DNA from: Eledone cirrhosa
Taxonomy: Eukaryota
Direction: 5' to 3'
Assembly: GCA_964016885.1 (NCBI GenBank)
Contig: OZ024742.1
Coordinates: 69,440,001 to 69,504,000, forward strand
Length of the DNA stretch: 64,000 nucleotides
This document shows positions 1-13,899 of the stretch, in pieces; the first letter of the stretch is position 1; every line of letters starts with the position of its first letter. The notes under the pieces were generated by a model. The model was given only the letters and a program-made list of their open reading frames with translations. It was not told the DNA's origin and did not search any database. A program made the position numbers and the translations under genes.

Positions 1-33
1 TATTATTATCAAAAAAAAATTTTTTTGAAAAAA

Positions 34-2022
34 ATGGCTAATTCACCTCTGCACGAAGCAGCTGAAAGCCTTCCTCACAAATTAACACCTCACACCGACA
101 CCACCATTGTAAATGTTACTACGTTTGCCAACACAAAAAAAAATATAAGCACTAGCAATATTTTAAATTTGTCTCAGGCAGACATTCATTTCCCGCCATT
201 ACCAATGACTGCAGGTGTTAAAGCCTCCACCACCACCACCACCGCGACAACCACCACCATCACCACCACCACCACCCCGACAACAGAAACAAAAGAAGAA
301 AAAATAAATTAACTCGTGATGTCGAAATGAAATCAAGCAAAATGGACTCTTCCCCACCAAAGACGACTGACGTCACCACCAACACAACTGAAACTAAAAT
401 TAACACAAATAACGATAGCAACAACAACAACAATGACATTATAAAAACCCCCCTCAGTTTTGCCAGAGTAGCAAAACAGTTCGAAGCATTTACAGTAACA
501 CAGGAGGATTTAGAAAATGCCAAACAAATGGTAAAGAAAGATGGGTACAGGGTCAGCCCCCCCACCTAATAAAATGGAGCATCAGCGCCTGTGCACCGTG
601 TCGTATAGAACAATAAATGTAAAATCGCGCCGAGTGGAACGGGCATCCGAGTCCCAAACCCAAAAAGCTTTGGGACATGTGTGGGCAAGAAAAACCCACA
701 TCAGACGTGGGCAAAAGTATGGAACCGTGGACGTGTTCTTTGAAACACCAGAGGAGGCTAGAGAACACTCCATGGCCCCATTAAGAAGTGACGACTTCAC
801 ACTCGTCCCAAGCTATTGTGGCCAGAGACTCGTAAAGATCAGGGTGACCCACGTTCCACCTGCCATCGAAATTCCCTGGCTAATAGCGGCTGTCCTCGCC
901 GGCATCGAAGCCAACACGAAAATAATAGCAATAGCAAAAGAAAAGCAGGAGAACTGGTCCGGATCTGGGATGGAGCTCCTGATCCAAGCGGACCAAAAAA
1001 GCATTGAGGAGATCCCAGAGATAATAGACCTCACTGACGGCAGCCACCTCACGGTAATTGTCGAGGGCAGAAGACCTAGGTGTGTCGTTTGTGGTGAAGG
1101 AACCCACCTAAGGGCTTTCTGCCCTCAGGCTAAAAGGTTGAGGCCACCTCTCCTACCCACCCCAGTGACACAACCATCAACACCACCAGTAGCAGAGATG
1201 GCAGCAACAACTGTAGCAGCAACAACAGAAGCAACTATAACAGCAACAACCCAAGCAACAGTAGCAAAACCAACACCACCACCACCACCAGCAAAACCAA
1301 CACCACCACCACCCAACGCTTCAGAACTAGCACCAGCGCCTACACCATCCAGCATGCCACAACCAAAACTAACGCCTGTGGAGGATTTTCCACTCCCCGG
1401 CCTATCACACCTGGAGACAGATTGTGACGACGAGGAGTGGGAAACGATATCCGGAAAAAAAAAAGAAACCAAAAAAGAAAAAAATTCTCTTCTTTCCCCC
1501 TCCAAAAACAAAATACAGAAGGAAACAAATAAACTATCAAACAAAAAAGTTAGGACAGATATGCCACCATCCACACCAGCATCACCAACCCCATCAACCC
1601 AAACACCAACACCATCACCATCATTAACCCCAACACCACCATCACCTACACCACAAAAGTCACCAAAATGCGAAACAGAAACAAACCCACAACAAACGCA
1701 AACAAAACAAAACAACCAAAACGATACACACTACACAGCATTAAATTTGAACAACAGGCAATTATTACACTACATCCAACACAACACCAGCATCACAGAA
1801 AAAGACTACACAACAACCCCAAAATTCACACCACCTCCACACATACAAATCACTCGCATCACACAGAAAACGTACATGACACTAAAACAAAAATTCCCCA
1901 AAGACATCGGAGACTTCCGACAAGCACTCTCCAGGAGGATTTATAAGGACATCCTTCCTGAGGAGGCCACAAGCAGTGAAAAGGATGGAAAAACCGTCCT
2001 TCCCCTACGAGAAGTAAGGTAA
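34..2022 (+). pseudogene. ORF1 (gag-like nucleic-acid-binding protein) of copy A, broken by two frameshifts
   Basis: ORF pieces 25-312, 327-569 and 541-2022. Zinc knuckle CVVCGEGTHLRAFC and Pro/Thr-rich linker. Collinear with the copy at 56321-58308. Confidence 0.88.
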
Positions 2023-2056
2023 GTGGTCTTTCCCATCTTTTCCACTCCTTTTCAAC

Positions 2057-4919
2057 ATGACCTCACTCAGAATAGGCAGCATAAATGCGCGTGGCTTGGG
2101 GTCGTCATGGAACATAGATGTAGTGGCCATCAGCGAGACCAGAATCTCCGAAGCACAGGCTTTCGCACCGATCTTCGGCGGCTACGATGTGTACGCATCT
2201 CCCAGCCGTCCGGGATCGGGTGGAGGAGTTGCTGTGCTTTTTCGGAGAGGTTTGGATCTTGCCATACGGGCCATCTTCCTTAACCCAGAAGGTAAGTTGG
2301 TGGTGCTGGACGTGACCAGCGGAGACGGGCAAGCTTTCAGGTTAGTGGCCGTCTATGCCCCGACAGGAGCAGGGCGGCCTGATTTCTTCCGGCGTCTGGA
2401 GACCTTTCTTGGAACGTCCCGCTCTTTAGTGTTAGTGGGCGACTGGAACGGGATCTTAGATGCACGCTGGGATTGTGTGGGATTAGTGGATAGGGAAGGA
2501 GGGTGCAAGAGTCTCACCAACCTGCTCAGACGTTTTGAACTGTCTGACAGGTACCGAATGGATTTCCCGAATGTACCAATGTGGACTTGGACAAATCGCA
2601 TAGGGTCATCCAAATCATATCTAGATAGAGTATTTTGTAGGGAAATAGATAGGTCTAGCATAGGCTGTCCACAATTCAAGATAGTCAGCTACACGGACCA
2701 CAAATTCGTGATCTGTGTGCTTGACTTAGATAGGCTTCATAGACGAGGACCCGGCTACTGGAAGCTAAACGCGTCCTTACCAGCGCGCAAGGCCTACAGA
2801 GACCGGATTAGCGAACTAGTTAAGCGGGCGTTGACGGGGGCCATCGTCAACAACAAGTGGTGGTTTGCTCTGAAAAGAGCAATTAGAATAGAGTCCATTA
2901 GGTTTAGTAAGACTTTAGCAATAGAGAAAAATAGAGCAGAGGGAGAACTAGTTAGAAAATTAGATGAGGCGCTTAGCAAAGGCATCGCGACCGACGTACT
3001 TGCGGCGAAATTGGCCCTTGACCAATTCTTCAATGCAAAGCACGAAGGCTGCGTTGTCAGAGCTAGGGTGCGTGCTCTCAGACACGAGGGGACGAAAGCC
3101 GTTCAATGGGCCCGAGTGGCGGAGGCGCGTCGTGGCAACAAAGCCACGATCCGGTCTTTGGTGGACCACGACGGGCGCATGCTACTCGATCCCGGGCAAA
3201 TGTGTGAAGCTTTTCAGCGACACTTCGCTCAACTGTTCGGGGGCAGTGGCGGGCCGGATCGAGGGATGGACTTTAGTGTCTACCTCGACGGACTGCCGCG
3301 GCTTTCGGCCACTGAGGCGGAGTGTTGCGAAAAGCCGATAACAACCGCTGAAGTACGGGATGCAATGACTAGTTGCACAAGGGGTAAATCGCCTGGTTTG
3401 GATGGTCTGCCCTATGAACTTTACGTACAAATGCCAAACTTGTTCGGAGGCCTCTTGGCGGACGTCTACTGCAACTGGCAACAGAACGGGAGAATTCCCA
3501 GCTCTGTGAGCCGAGGAGCGGTGGCGCTGCTGAGAAAGGATCCGAAAAAGGGGGATAACATAGATCATTTTAGGCCCATAACTCTGCTAAACACAGAGTT
3601 CAAGATTTTGGCCAAGGTGCTAGCAAAGAGGTTGGCGCTTGTCGTTGGTGGTCTGGTGGGAGAGGCACAGACATGCGCCATTCCCGACAGATCCAGCCAC
3701 GACAACCTCCACCTCATGCGATACATCGTAGAGAGGGTAGCTAAGGAACCTGGCACGGGTGGGTCTTTGATCAATTTAGATCAGTCGAAAGCCTTCGATA
3801 GGGTCGACCATCGTTACCTAGCGGCAGTCCTGAGGGCGGCTGGCTTTGGGCCCGTCTTCAGAGGCTGGATCGCTGCCATGCACAGCGACATCTGCTCTGT
3901 AGTGAGAGTGAACGGTCACCTTTCGGAACCGTTCAACATCATGCGCTCGGTCCGCCAAGGATGTCCCCTCTCGTCCCTATTGTACGTATTGACTCTCGAG
4001 CCATTACTGCACAAACTGGAGACGTTGAGGGGGGTCCCGCGCGAACTAGGATGCGGAAGATCCGTGTCAGCATATGCCGACGATGTCACCGACATCTCCA
4101 CCTCTTCCTCGATGGTGATCAGGTGTGGTCGCCGTTTGCAAGACACGTTTTTCCCCAGCTCGTCTCCTTGACAGAGCTGCAGTCCTGGGTCAAGCGAAGA
4201 CCGAGAGGGAGCGATTGGAGACTGGAATGTCTTCAGGCGCTCACAGCCCTCGACCAATCGGGCAATGTGATCGGTGGAAACTCCACCTTGGCGTTCTATA
4301 GGGGATTAGTGGAGGGGAAGAGCGACGACGTACTTGGAGAAACTCTAGGCGTCGACGAAAATCAACTAGCCAATGTCTTCGGAAGGACTTTCGGGCCGGG
4401 GCCTATGGACAACTTCCAGAAATCCCTGGCCTGGCAGTGCTACCGAGGAGCTTTGCCAGTTCGGGATAAACTCTACAGGCATGGAGGTGCCGTCAGCCGG
4501 GCATGTCCGAGTGCGCGCAGGGCGACGAAACCGTCCTGCACGCACTCGTCCAGTGTCCGAGCATTGCTGACTTGTGGGTTTATGTCGAACACCTGCTGTC
4601 ACGTGTAGGACGGATCCAGCTATCAGCTGAGTCCATCGTGAGTATTGCCCCGCCACCTTCCTTTAGCCTGGAAGGGCAGGCAGTTTTTATCTGTCTGGTG
4701 GCCATGGCGAAAGAGATAGTATGGTGGACACGTTTGAAAGGGCTGAAGACGAGCACTTACCTCTTCGGTGATGCCCTGATTAACTTTTTCAAATTTCATT
4801 TGAAAAGGAAAATCAGGGTAGAGAGGGAAGTGCTCTCTTCCCAGCATTTTGTTGAAAGATGGGTGAGAGAAGCAAGTATGGCCCGAATGAATGGGCCTTC
4901 TCTGAGTATGTGTCTGTAA
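2057..4919 (+). pseudogene. ORF2 (AP endonuclease + reverse transcriptase + C-terminal CCHC) of copy A
   Basis: Motifs SINARGL, ISETR, GDWN, YLDR, TDH, GPGYWKLN, KSPGLDG, FRPITLLN, DQSKAFDRVDH, VRQGCPLS, YADD. About 520 bp is missing right after YADDVT relative to 54418-54936, and there is a frameshift near 4510. Confidence 0.93.
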
Positions 4920-5160
4920 ATTAAAGGTGGAAAACTGGGAGAGGGCACTTGCCCTGGTGATCAGGGCCACTGTGGTCTTTTAATGGGCTTTCTCCACAAA
5001 TATCCCTTGGAAGTCTCCCCCCTTTTGGGGAATTTTTCTTTGTTATTTTATTTCAACCTCTGTGTTTTACACGCAGGAATGCCCATTTGTACCGTCCTGT
5101 ATTGTCCTGTACTGTCCTTAATGTCTACTTTATGTGAACCCTTGTGGTTAATAAAGAAAA

Positions 5161-5209
<49 letters not shown>

Positions 5210-5211
<2 letters not shown>

Positions 5212-5275
5212 AATAAAGTACCAGTAATGCATTGGGTAATTGCTGGCCTTGTGCCCAAAGTAGAAACAATTATTA
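5210..5275 (+). mobile_element. 3' half of tRNA-derived SINE, interrupted by LINE copy A
   Basis: AAAATAAAGTACCAGTAATGCATTGGGTAATTGCTGGCCTTGTGCCCAAAGTAGAAAC(ATT)n matches the 3' half of the full SINE at 43119-43300. Confidence 0.85.
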
Positions 5276-5285
5276 TTACTATTAT

Positions 5286-6050
5286 TTTCCTGTAGTCTCA
5301 GTCATTGATGTTATTTAACTGGAAAGTTTGTTGAAATGAACGTCAACCGTTACCTTTAGCCTCAGATATTCAGGACGTATCGGAGGGTTCTTACTGTTCC
5401 AGCAAGCATGCCTTTTGAAGTGTTCCAAATTAATGTTCTTTAACCATCCCTGAAAACTCTTTGAGATAGTATCTAGTGCTCCTATGCCAATCAGGATGAC
5501 CTTGATCTCATGACAGTCCCAAATCCTTTTTTAAATTCTCACATTACATCCTGGTATCGAGTAATTTTCTCCTTCTCCTTTTTTTGTACTCTTGTGTCAA
5601 ATGGGCAAGCTACATCTACAATCAGGCACGATCTTTTTTCCTTGTCCAAAACCACCAGGTCAGGACAATTGTGTTCTAATTTCTTTTCTGCCTGTATCCT
5701 AAAATCCCACAGCACCTTCACCTGATCGTTTTCTATCACCGACTCAGGCTTATGCTCATACAACTTCTCAGAATGTAGTAAATTGTTTAGTTTGCACATA
5801 AATGCCAGTGAATTACCTTTCCAGACTTTATAGTGAGTCTGGGCTAGGTGTTTACACTCGGATACAATGTGATCCACAGTCTCCTCTCTCTCTCCACAGA
5901 TCCTACACAGTGAGCTAACCTCCTCCTTGTCAATATGGTGTTTCACCCACTTCGTTCTGAGGGCTTGCTGTTGTGCAACCAGTAGCATTCCCTCTGTATC
6001 TTTTTTAAGGTCTCATCTTCTTAACCAGCATTATTACTGTTTTCCGAGCA
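5286..6050 (-). mobile_element. R4/Dong-type LINE 3' fragment (CCHC + restriction-like endonuclease)
   Basis: QQQALRT, CRICGEREETVDHIVSEC, LWDF, CPDLVVLDK..IVDVACPFD. Its 3' end abuts a (TAA)n run and matches 63834-64000. Confidence 0.88.
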
Positions 6051-6349
6051 CAGCTCTGTGCGTCTTTGGTATGAGCAGTGTAGTTTTTGCTGATGTTCTT
6101 TCTATTGTATTGATAGTACTTTTCGTAATACATGTGCAGTGCCTAGTAGTGCTATTTTTTGTATGTTGTATATATTTTTAAGTTTTGGGGTTTGGTTATG
6201 TATTTGTCTCTGTGCATGTGTATTTGTCTCTGTGTATTATTATAGGTATTGTTTCTGTTTTCATTTTTCACATTCGAGTTATTTCTATTTCTAGATCTTT
6301 ATATTTTGAAAGTTTCTCTATTTGCTTGGAATATATATTGTAGACCGTG

Positions 6350-6590
6350 AGGATTGATGCATCTATTAGAAGGCATTTTTTCTTTGTGGTCTTTGACTAT
6401 AATATCTGATCCGTTGGCCTTGATTTCTCTATCTATATGTATTGGCATATCTCAGAGAATGGTTACTTTGTCATGCTCTGACACCTTTTCTGGTGTGTTT
6501 GTACCATATTGTTTTTGTTGGCATTTCATAATGCTGGCATAACTTCCAGTGTATGAAGGTCCTAATTCTATCATGCCTGTAGATAAGATC
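6350..6590 (-). mobile_element. Second degenerate RLE-LINE fragment
   Basis: Minus-strand translation FIHWKLCQHY..WYKH..PEKV..KVTIL*DMPIHIDREIKAN..DIIVKD. Confidence 0.7.
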
Positions 6591-8215
6591 AACACCAGAG
6601 TCACCAAAACGAATTACATCACTCCCATAAATCTTACACTGCCCACGTACATACAGATCCTACACATCACACAAGAAACATTCACTATTTTAAAAACAAA
6701 ACTTCCCAACGCAATTGTGGATTTCTGCACCACATTATCAAAACTCATATACTCCGACATTCTTGTGGAGGTTCCCCCATCTGGCAGTAAGAAAGGACCA
6801 ACATCCCACCTACCACACGAACATGGTAAGTAAACCTTTTTCACCTTTCTTCTTTATTTAACACTGCTTTTCTCGGGATTGACTGTATAAATGCACATGG
6901 CCTAGGATCCTCATGGAAGCAGGGTCACCTGCTCAACAACCTCAGATCATTGAACATAGATGTAGTGGCCATCAGAGACTAGATTATCCGAGGCAGGAGC
7001 CTTCGCACCCATTTCCGGTGGCTATGGGGGTGTACGGATGTCAAAGCCGTGAAGAGATCCGGGGCTGGAGTCAGTGTTGTTTTGGAAAGGCTTGGATCTC
7101 AAGATATGGATAATCTTCCTGGACCCAGAGGTTAACTTGGTAGTGCTAGATGTGACCAGCAGCGAAGAACATACTTTTAGGCTAGTGGCTGTCGATGCCG
7201 CTACAGGGGCAGGAAGGCCTGATTTCTTCAGGCTCCAGGGGAACTTTCTTGGAACGTCTCTCGCTCTTTAGTGCTAGTAGGAGATTGAAACGGTGTCGTA
7301 GATGCACGCTGGAACTGTGAGGTAGTATCAGCTAGAGGAGGAAGGTTTAAACGTGCTCAGGCGCCTCCAGCTGTCCGACTAGATTTCCCAGATGTGCCAA
7401 TGTGGACATGGTCAAATCGCATTGGGTCATCCAGATCGTATTTAGATAGGGTATTCTGTAGAGAAATATATACGTCTAGTCTAGGTTGTCCACAATACAA
7501 AGTTATCGACTACACATACCATAAATTTGTAACCTTTACAGTCGCCTTAGACAGGCTTTATAGACAGGGACCTGGTTACTGGAAGTTGAACGTGTCGTTT
7601 CCGGTGCGCAAAGAATACGGAAACCAGATTAGTGAATTAGTTAAGCGAGCTTTGATGGGAGCCATCTTTAACGGATGATGGTTCGCCATTTAAAAGGCAA
7701 TGAAAGTAGACAAAAATCTGGGACGAAGTAGCATCCAGAAATGGGCTGAGAGGAAGCTGACTCTGAAAGGTCGGACAGAGGTAGAGAACGCGTACATCGT
7801 GACTGTCATCTATTACCACCTGACCGTCGTGCCTTGTCCCGGTCCACATCTGACCGCACTGGAGCGTTTGCTCTTTCGCTTTTTGTGGAAGGGACGTATG
7901 CCAATGGTCAGGCGTTTCATTTTCTGCCACCACCCTCTGAGTGGGCATGCGGTGGTTGATGATGCGCAAATATGCGCTCAGGCTGAGTCATCTTCAGATC
8001 TACCTCGACAATGAACAGGTGCGATCACCGTTTGCTTGATTCAGTTTTCCACAGCTTGTCTCCTTGTGAGAGCTGCAGTCCTAGGTCAAGCAAAAGTGCT
8101 AGGAAACTTGAATGTCTCCAGGCGTTCACAGAAATCAGCCGATCTGTGGAAACACCACCTTAGCTTTCTATGTAGGTTTAGCGGCGGGTAAAAACAATGA
8201 CGTCTTGGGGAGACA
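6590..8215 (+). mobile_element. Degenerate, multiply deleted Tx1-type LINE (ORF1 end + ORF2 pieces)
   Basis: IQILHITQETF (ORF1 C-terminus), WTWSNRIGSSRSYLDR, GPGYWKLN, WAERKLTLKGR; many stops. Confidence 0.85.
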
Positions 8216-11200
8216 TGTGGGCGTGTGGGCACACAAAACCAACATCACCCGAAGCAAAAACTATGCCGCCGTGGACGTACTTTTCGTCATCCCACAAGAG
8301 GCGAAGTCTCATTCTTCAGTAACGCTAAAGAATGAGGAGAAGGTTTGGGTGCCCCTCTAACGCGGGCAGAAGATTGTGCGGGTCAAAGTGACCTAGGTCC
8401 CGTCCGACGTGCCCATACCTTGGCTAGCCGCGTTTGTCCACGCCGGAGTCGCGGACAGGACGACCACGCTGCAAGTGTAGAGGATAAGGAGGGAGAACTG
8501 GTCAGGTATGGGAATGCAAATGCTAATCCAAACTGACTAGGAGAGTATCGAGGCTATCTTGGACATCATAGACCTCGAAGAAGGAGTTTCACTCTTTATA
8601 AGCGTAGAAGGAAGGCGCCCAAAGTGCTATCTGCGTGGGTTGAAGGGTCACCTCAGGGCATTTTGACCGCAGAAGGCAGCAAAGGAGAAGACTCCCCCTC
8701 CTTCTGACGCCTGGTCCACTGCTACCATGAGCAGGGCAGGCAACAGAAGCGTTTGGCCTTTCTGCGGTGAGTAGGAGGGCAACGTCGATGGCACCCATAC
8801 CAAGGCCACGGACACCTAAAACAGCGGCAGCAGTGGCTGAAACACCAACCGTAGCGGTACCTACATCGGCGACAAAATAAACGGAGCGGGCTCCACTACA
8901 ACCACCTATAGACGTAGAGCTCATACTTCTCCCACACACCATGAAATCCGACATGGAATGTGAGGCGGTAGTGGAGTGGCAAAAGGTCTGCCGCAAATAG
9001 CAAAGAAAAAACCCTTAGATTCGCACTCCAAAAGCGAGAGCAAAGACAGAGGGGTAAATGCTGTAAGGCGACTTGCAGCAACACCACCATCACCATCACC
9101 ACTACAAGCAGCACCACCACCAACAACCATACCACCACCAGCATCACCACAAACACCAATATCGCAAACTCAACATGGCACACACACCCAACAGCAGCAA
9201 CAAGAAAGCCCCTCCTCCACCCCCCAAAAAGTACACAGCCATAAACAGTGCAAATAAAGAACTGATAGAACATATAAGCAGCACACAGACATTACAGACA
9301 CAAATCGTTCAGAACAAACTGGAACAATATAAACATTTAAAACAAAAATTTCCAACGCAGTTGGAGATTTCATAGGATCGCTCACTAAGAGAATATACAG
9401 GGATATAATCTTGGAGACACCCATGACCAGCCGAAGGGACAGTTCGACTGTCCTTTTCCCACAAGATCAAGGTAAGTGATCCTTTCTCACTTACCCCGTT
9501 CCTCACCCAACATGGCAGTACTTAGAATAGGCAGTATAAATGTACGTGGCCTGGGGTCATCTTGGAAGCAGGGCCACCTGATTAACGACCGCAGGTCACT
9601 AAACATAAATGTGGCCAACAGCGAGACCAGAATTTCCGAAGCACAGTCTTCGCCCTGATCTTCGGCTGCTACGAAGTAATCGCATCTCCCAGCCGTGGGG
9701 AGCGAGGGGTAGAGTTGTTATGATTTTTCGGAGAGGCTTGGATCTCGCCATACGGGCCAGAAGGTTTTTGGAACGTCCCGCTCTTTAGTGTTAGTAGGCG
9801 ACTGGAACGGTATCTTAGATGCCCGCTGGGATAATGTATCGCTAGTAGATAGGGGGGAAGGTGTAAAAGCCTCTACAATCTGCTCAGACATTTTGAACTG
9901 TCTGACAGGTATCGACTGGATTATCCGAATGATAAGGTTTGGCAAATGAGTAGCAATAGAGGAAATTAGAGTAGAGGAAGGGCTAGTTAAAAAGCTAGAA
10001 GTGGCGTTTAGGACAGGCATTGCAACCGACGTGCTTGCCGCAGGATTGACTCTCGACTAATTCTTCAACGCAAAGCACGAAGGCTACGTTGTCAGAGGTA
10101 GAGTGGTGCTTTGAGACACGAGGATACGAAAGCCGCCAATGAGCCCGGTGGTGGAGGAGCAACGTGGCAACAAAGCCACACTTCGGTCTTTGCCTGATTA
10201 AAACGGGGGCGCATGTTGCTCGAACCCGAGCTGATGTGTGCGGCTTTTCAACAGCACGTTGCTCAATTGTTCTGGAGCAGTGGTGGGCCGGATCGGAGTA
10301 TGGACTTCGGTGCATACCTCGACGAACTGCCACGGCTCTCGACGACCGCAGCGCAGTGCTGCGAAAAGCCAATAACAGCAGCTGGAATACGGGAAGTGAT
10401 GTCTGACTGCACGAGGGGTAAATCGCTAGGTTTGGATGGTCTGCTCTACGAGCTTTATGCGTACATGCCAGGCTTGTTCGGCGACTTTCTTGACAGACGT
10501 CTACTGCAACTGGCAGCAGAACGGGAACATTCCCAATTTTGTGAGCCGGGGAGCAGTGGATCTGCTGAAAAAAGACCTGAACAAGGGGAACGTTATAGAA
10601 ACTAAACGCAGAGTTCAAAATTTTGGCCAAGGTGTTAGCAACGAGATTGGCGCTTGTCGTTCGTGATTTGGTGGGAGAGTCGCAGACATGCGCTATTCCG
10701 GAGATATATATCCACGACAACCTCCATCTCATGCGATACATCCTAGAGAGGGTGGTTAAGGAACCTGGCATAGAGGGGGCCCTGATCAACTTGGATGAAT
10801 CTAAAGTATTTGATAGGGTTGCCCATCAGTACCTGGCGGCGGTCCTCGAGGCAGTCGGCCTCGTGGCCGTTTTTAGGGGTTGGATCGCTGCGATGCTCAG
10901 AGACATCTGCTCAGTTGCGATGGTGAACAGTCACTTGTCACAGCCATTGAGCATCATGCGCCCGGTCCGCCAGGGTTGTCCCCTATTTCCCTCTTGTACG
11001 TATTGGCCCTCGAGCCGTTACTGGAGGTGATGAGGGGCGTCCCACGCAAACTGGGATGCGAAAGATCCGTATCGGCTTACGCCAACGACGTCACCATAGT
11101 GGTGTCGAGCACCAGACACATCCAGATGCTCGGCACCGCTCTCAATGAATATGAATCGGTGACGGGAGCAAAGATAAATCAAATGGAGAAAAACTTGAGT

Positions 11201-12610
11201 AAGGTGACGAGCAGAATGGCCTCTCTCACCCAGAAATAGGCCTAGAGAAAGCTGTCCCTGAAAGGTCGGGTGGAGGCGGTGAATGTGTTCATCTCATCCG
11301 TCATCTGATGCTGTCTGACTGTCGTGCCTTGCCCCGGCCCAAATCTGACCAAGATGGAGCGCCTCTTCTTCCGCTTTTTGTGGAAGGGGCGTGCTCCCAT
11401 GGTTAGACAATCCATCTGCTGTCATCACTCGTTGCGTGGAGGACTGGGCATACCGTGGCTGATGATGCGCAAACTGCGCTGAGACTGCGACACTCTGGTC
11501 CTTCCTTGATGGTGAACAGGTGTGATCGCCGTTTGCCAAACACGCTTTTCCCCAGCTCGTTTCCTTGTCGGAGCTGCAGTCCTGGATCAGGAAAAGACCG
11601 AGGGTTAGCGCTTGGAAGCTGGAATGTCTCCAAGCGCGCATCGCTTTCTACCAGCTGGGCACTAATATCGGTGGAACATCCACCTCGCTGTTCTATAGAG
11701 GACTAGTGGATGGGCAGAGCGACGACGTTCTCGGGGATACCCTGGGCGTCGAAGACGATCAGCTATTCGCTCTCTTCGAGAGAACTTTCAGCCTGTGGCC
11801 TATGGACAACTCCCAGAAATCCCTGGCCTGGCAGTGCTACCGGGGAGAGTTGCCGGTTCGGGATAAGCTCTACAGGCACGGAAATGCCGTCAGCCGAACC
11901 TGTCCGAGATGCGCGCAGGGCGGCGAAACCATTGTGCACCCACTCGTTCAGTGCCCGAGAATTGCTGACTTGTGGGGCTATGTCAAACAATTGCTGTCGC
12001 GTGTTGGACGGATCCGGTTATCGACTGAGTCCATTGTGCAGATAGCCCCGCCGTCCTCCTTTAAGGAGGAGGAATGGCCATGGTGGCCATGGCGAAAGAG
12101 ATTGTGTGGTGGACAAGGTTAAATGATTGAAGACGGACACTTTCCTCTCCGGCGAATCCCTGATTAACTTTTTCAAATTTCACTTGAAGAGGAAAATCAG
12201 AGTGGAGAGACAAGTGTTGTCTTCTAATAAGTTTGTTGAAAGGTGGGTGAAAGTGGCGAGTCTGGTCCCAGTGAATGGGCGCGCTCTGAGTATGCGCCTG
12301 TAGACTGAGGAGTGGAAATCTGAGAGAGGTCGTTTGCCCTGGTGGTCAGGGTGGCCGTGGTCTTTTGTGTGGCTTTCGCCATTTGTGACCCTCGGAGCTT
12401 TCAACCCTATTGGGGAATTTTTGTTGTTTGAATTTTTTAATTTGATTTTACACTTTTCTATTTTCTTGTTATAATCTTTTTACACGACCAAAGTCCACTT
12501 TGTATTGTCCTGTACCGTTCTGTGCTGTTTGTAATATTTTTATTTTTATTCATGTTATACCTTGTGGCCAATAAAGAAACCATTATTACTGTTATTCGTG
12601 TTATTATTAC
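8215..12610 (+). mobile_element. Degenerate Tx1-type LINE (mid-ORF1 to 3' tail)
   Basis: GVWAHKTNITR (ORF1), MAVLRIGSINVRGL at 9512, RT pieces with YANDVT, CPRCAQGGETIVH, 3' end CCTTGTGGCCAATAAAGAAACC followed by an ATT-like tail. Confidence 0.88.
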
Positions 12611-12734
12611 TATTTGAAATTTCCTTTGAATTCATCTTCTTCCGAGCGTCAGCTTGAGGTAAAATTTGTATGCCGAGCGTCAGCTTGAGGTAAAATTTGA
12701 TAATAGATACATTTTACAATCAACTGTCATAAAA

Positions 12735-12835
12735 ATAATTGTTTCTACTTTTGTCACAAGGCCAGCAATTACCCCCAGTGCATTACTGGTGCTTTATTTT
12801 ATCGACCGCGTAAATATGAAAGCCAAAGTTAACCA
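12735..12835 (-). mobile_element. 5'-truncated SINE
   Basis: Reverse complement of the SINE 3' half (TTGTTTCTACTTTTGTCACAAGGCCAGCAATTACCC...). Confidence 0.8.
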
Positions 12836-12899
12836 ATGGCATAAACAACAGAAAATGCCTTTGCATGGTTTTAAATTGATAATGCCCTTCTCAGGACAT

Positions 12900-13170
12900 G
12901 GACAGTGTCAGTCAGCACTATTTAATGTATCTTTTGCAAAGATGACTTTCCAGGTATATGGTATCATTTTTTCAGTTCCCTTTTCTACAATTCCAAGTGC
13001 GCTGACTATCACTGCTAATGTACAACTTTAAAATGTCAGATTTTTTCAATTTCAACTGATAGATCTTTATACTTACTCAGCTTTCGGAACACTTTTGATG
13101 AGATGTTACGATCTGATTGAATGCTCATGGTCCTTCACGATTTTATCAGGTCTGCTTGGTCGTATTGCAG
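12900..13170 (-). mobile_element. RLE-LINE C-terminal relic
   Basis: Minus strand reads RPDKIVKD..SDRNISSKVFRKLSKYKDLSVEIEK..VIVSALG. Confidence 0.65.
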
Positions 13171-13899
13171 AGAATATATGTCGTGTAAATTGTGTTTTTG
13201 GGTGATTGTGTAGAATATAAACTGTGTGGGTATTGCGAGATGATTTTATATAGTATGTATTGTGTCATAGTTTGGGGAGGAGTTTGTCTAAAATAGGTCT
13301 GTATAAGATGTGTTATAGTACCTGGTGATGTGCGTTTAAAATATGTGTTGTGTAAATTGTTCGATGTTTACGTGGTGAGAAGTGATTGTGTATAATTTGA
13401 ACTTTGGGAGTTTTGTTACAATATTGTTAGATGTTTGAATTGAATATAAACAGTGTGACTTATCTTATAGTATTGGGATTGGAATATCTAGTATATATAT
13501 AGTGTGTGAGTTACGTTATTGTATTGGGAAGTAAATGCGTTGAATGTGTACTCTGTAATTCTAGTTATAACTTTGAATGCTGTTTGTGTAAAGTTTGTTT
13601 TAAGATATTCAATGAAGCTAGGATATATGTACAGTGTAAGTCTTTTCATTGTATTGAGATGTGATTCTGTAGAATATATAGAGACTAAGCTGTGCTGTAT
13701 TATCGGGAGGCGATTATGTTGAATATATACTGCGTCAGTCATGTTAGAGTATTCGGAGGTTGTTATATAAAATATGTGGTGTATTAAGAGTTAATTATGT
13801 AGAATCTTCGTTGTTAAATTATTTTATTATATTGGGGCTCATTGTGTGGAATATATACTTTATAAGATGTATTATGGCATTATTAGTTTATTATTTGAA

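Larger units (their letters stand above)
1..5209 (+). mobile_element. L1/Tx1-type non-LTR retrotransposon, copy A (5' end outside window; internally deleted)
   Basis: ORF1 with CCHC knuckle, then APE+RT ORF2, 3' UTR with AATAAA near 5151 and an (ATT)n tail at 5162-5209. Confidence 0.93.

Noticed and set aside
541-580. Programmed frameshift in ORF1 (both copies A and C break at the same C-run)
   Set aside because: The lesions differ (5-bp versus 1-bp loss), and related copies at 44040 and 50920 read through in one frame. Homopolymer mutation or sequencing error is more likely.
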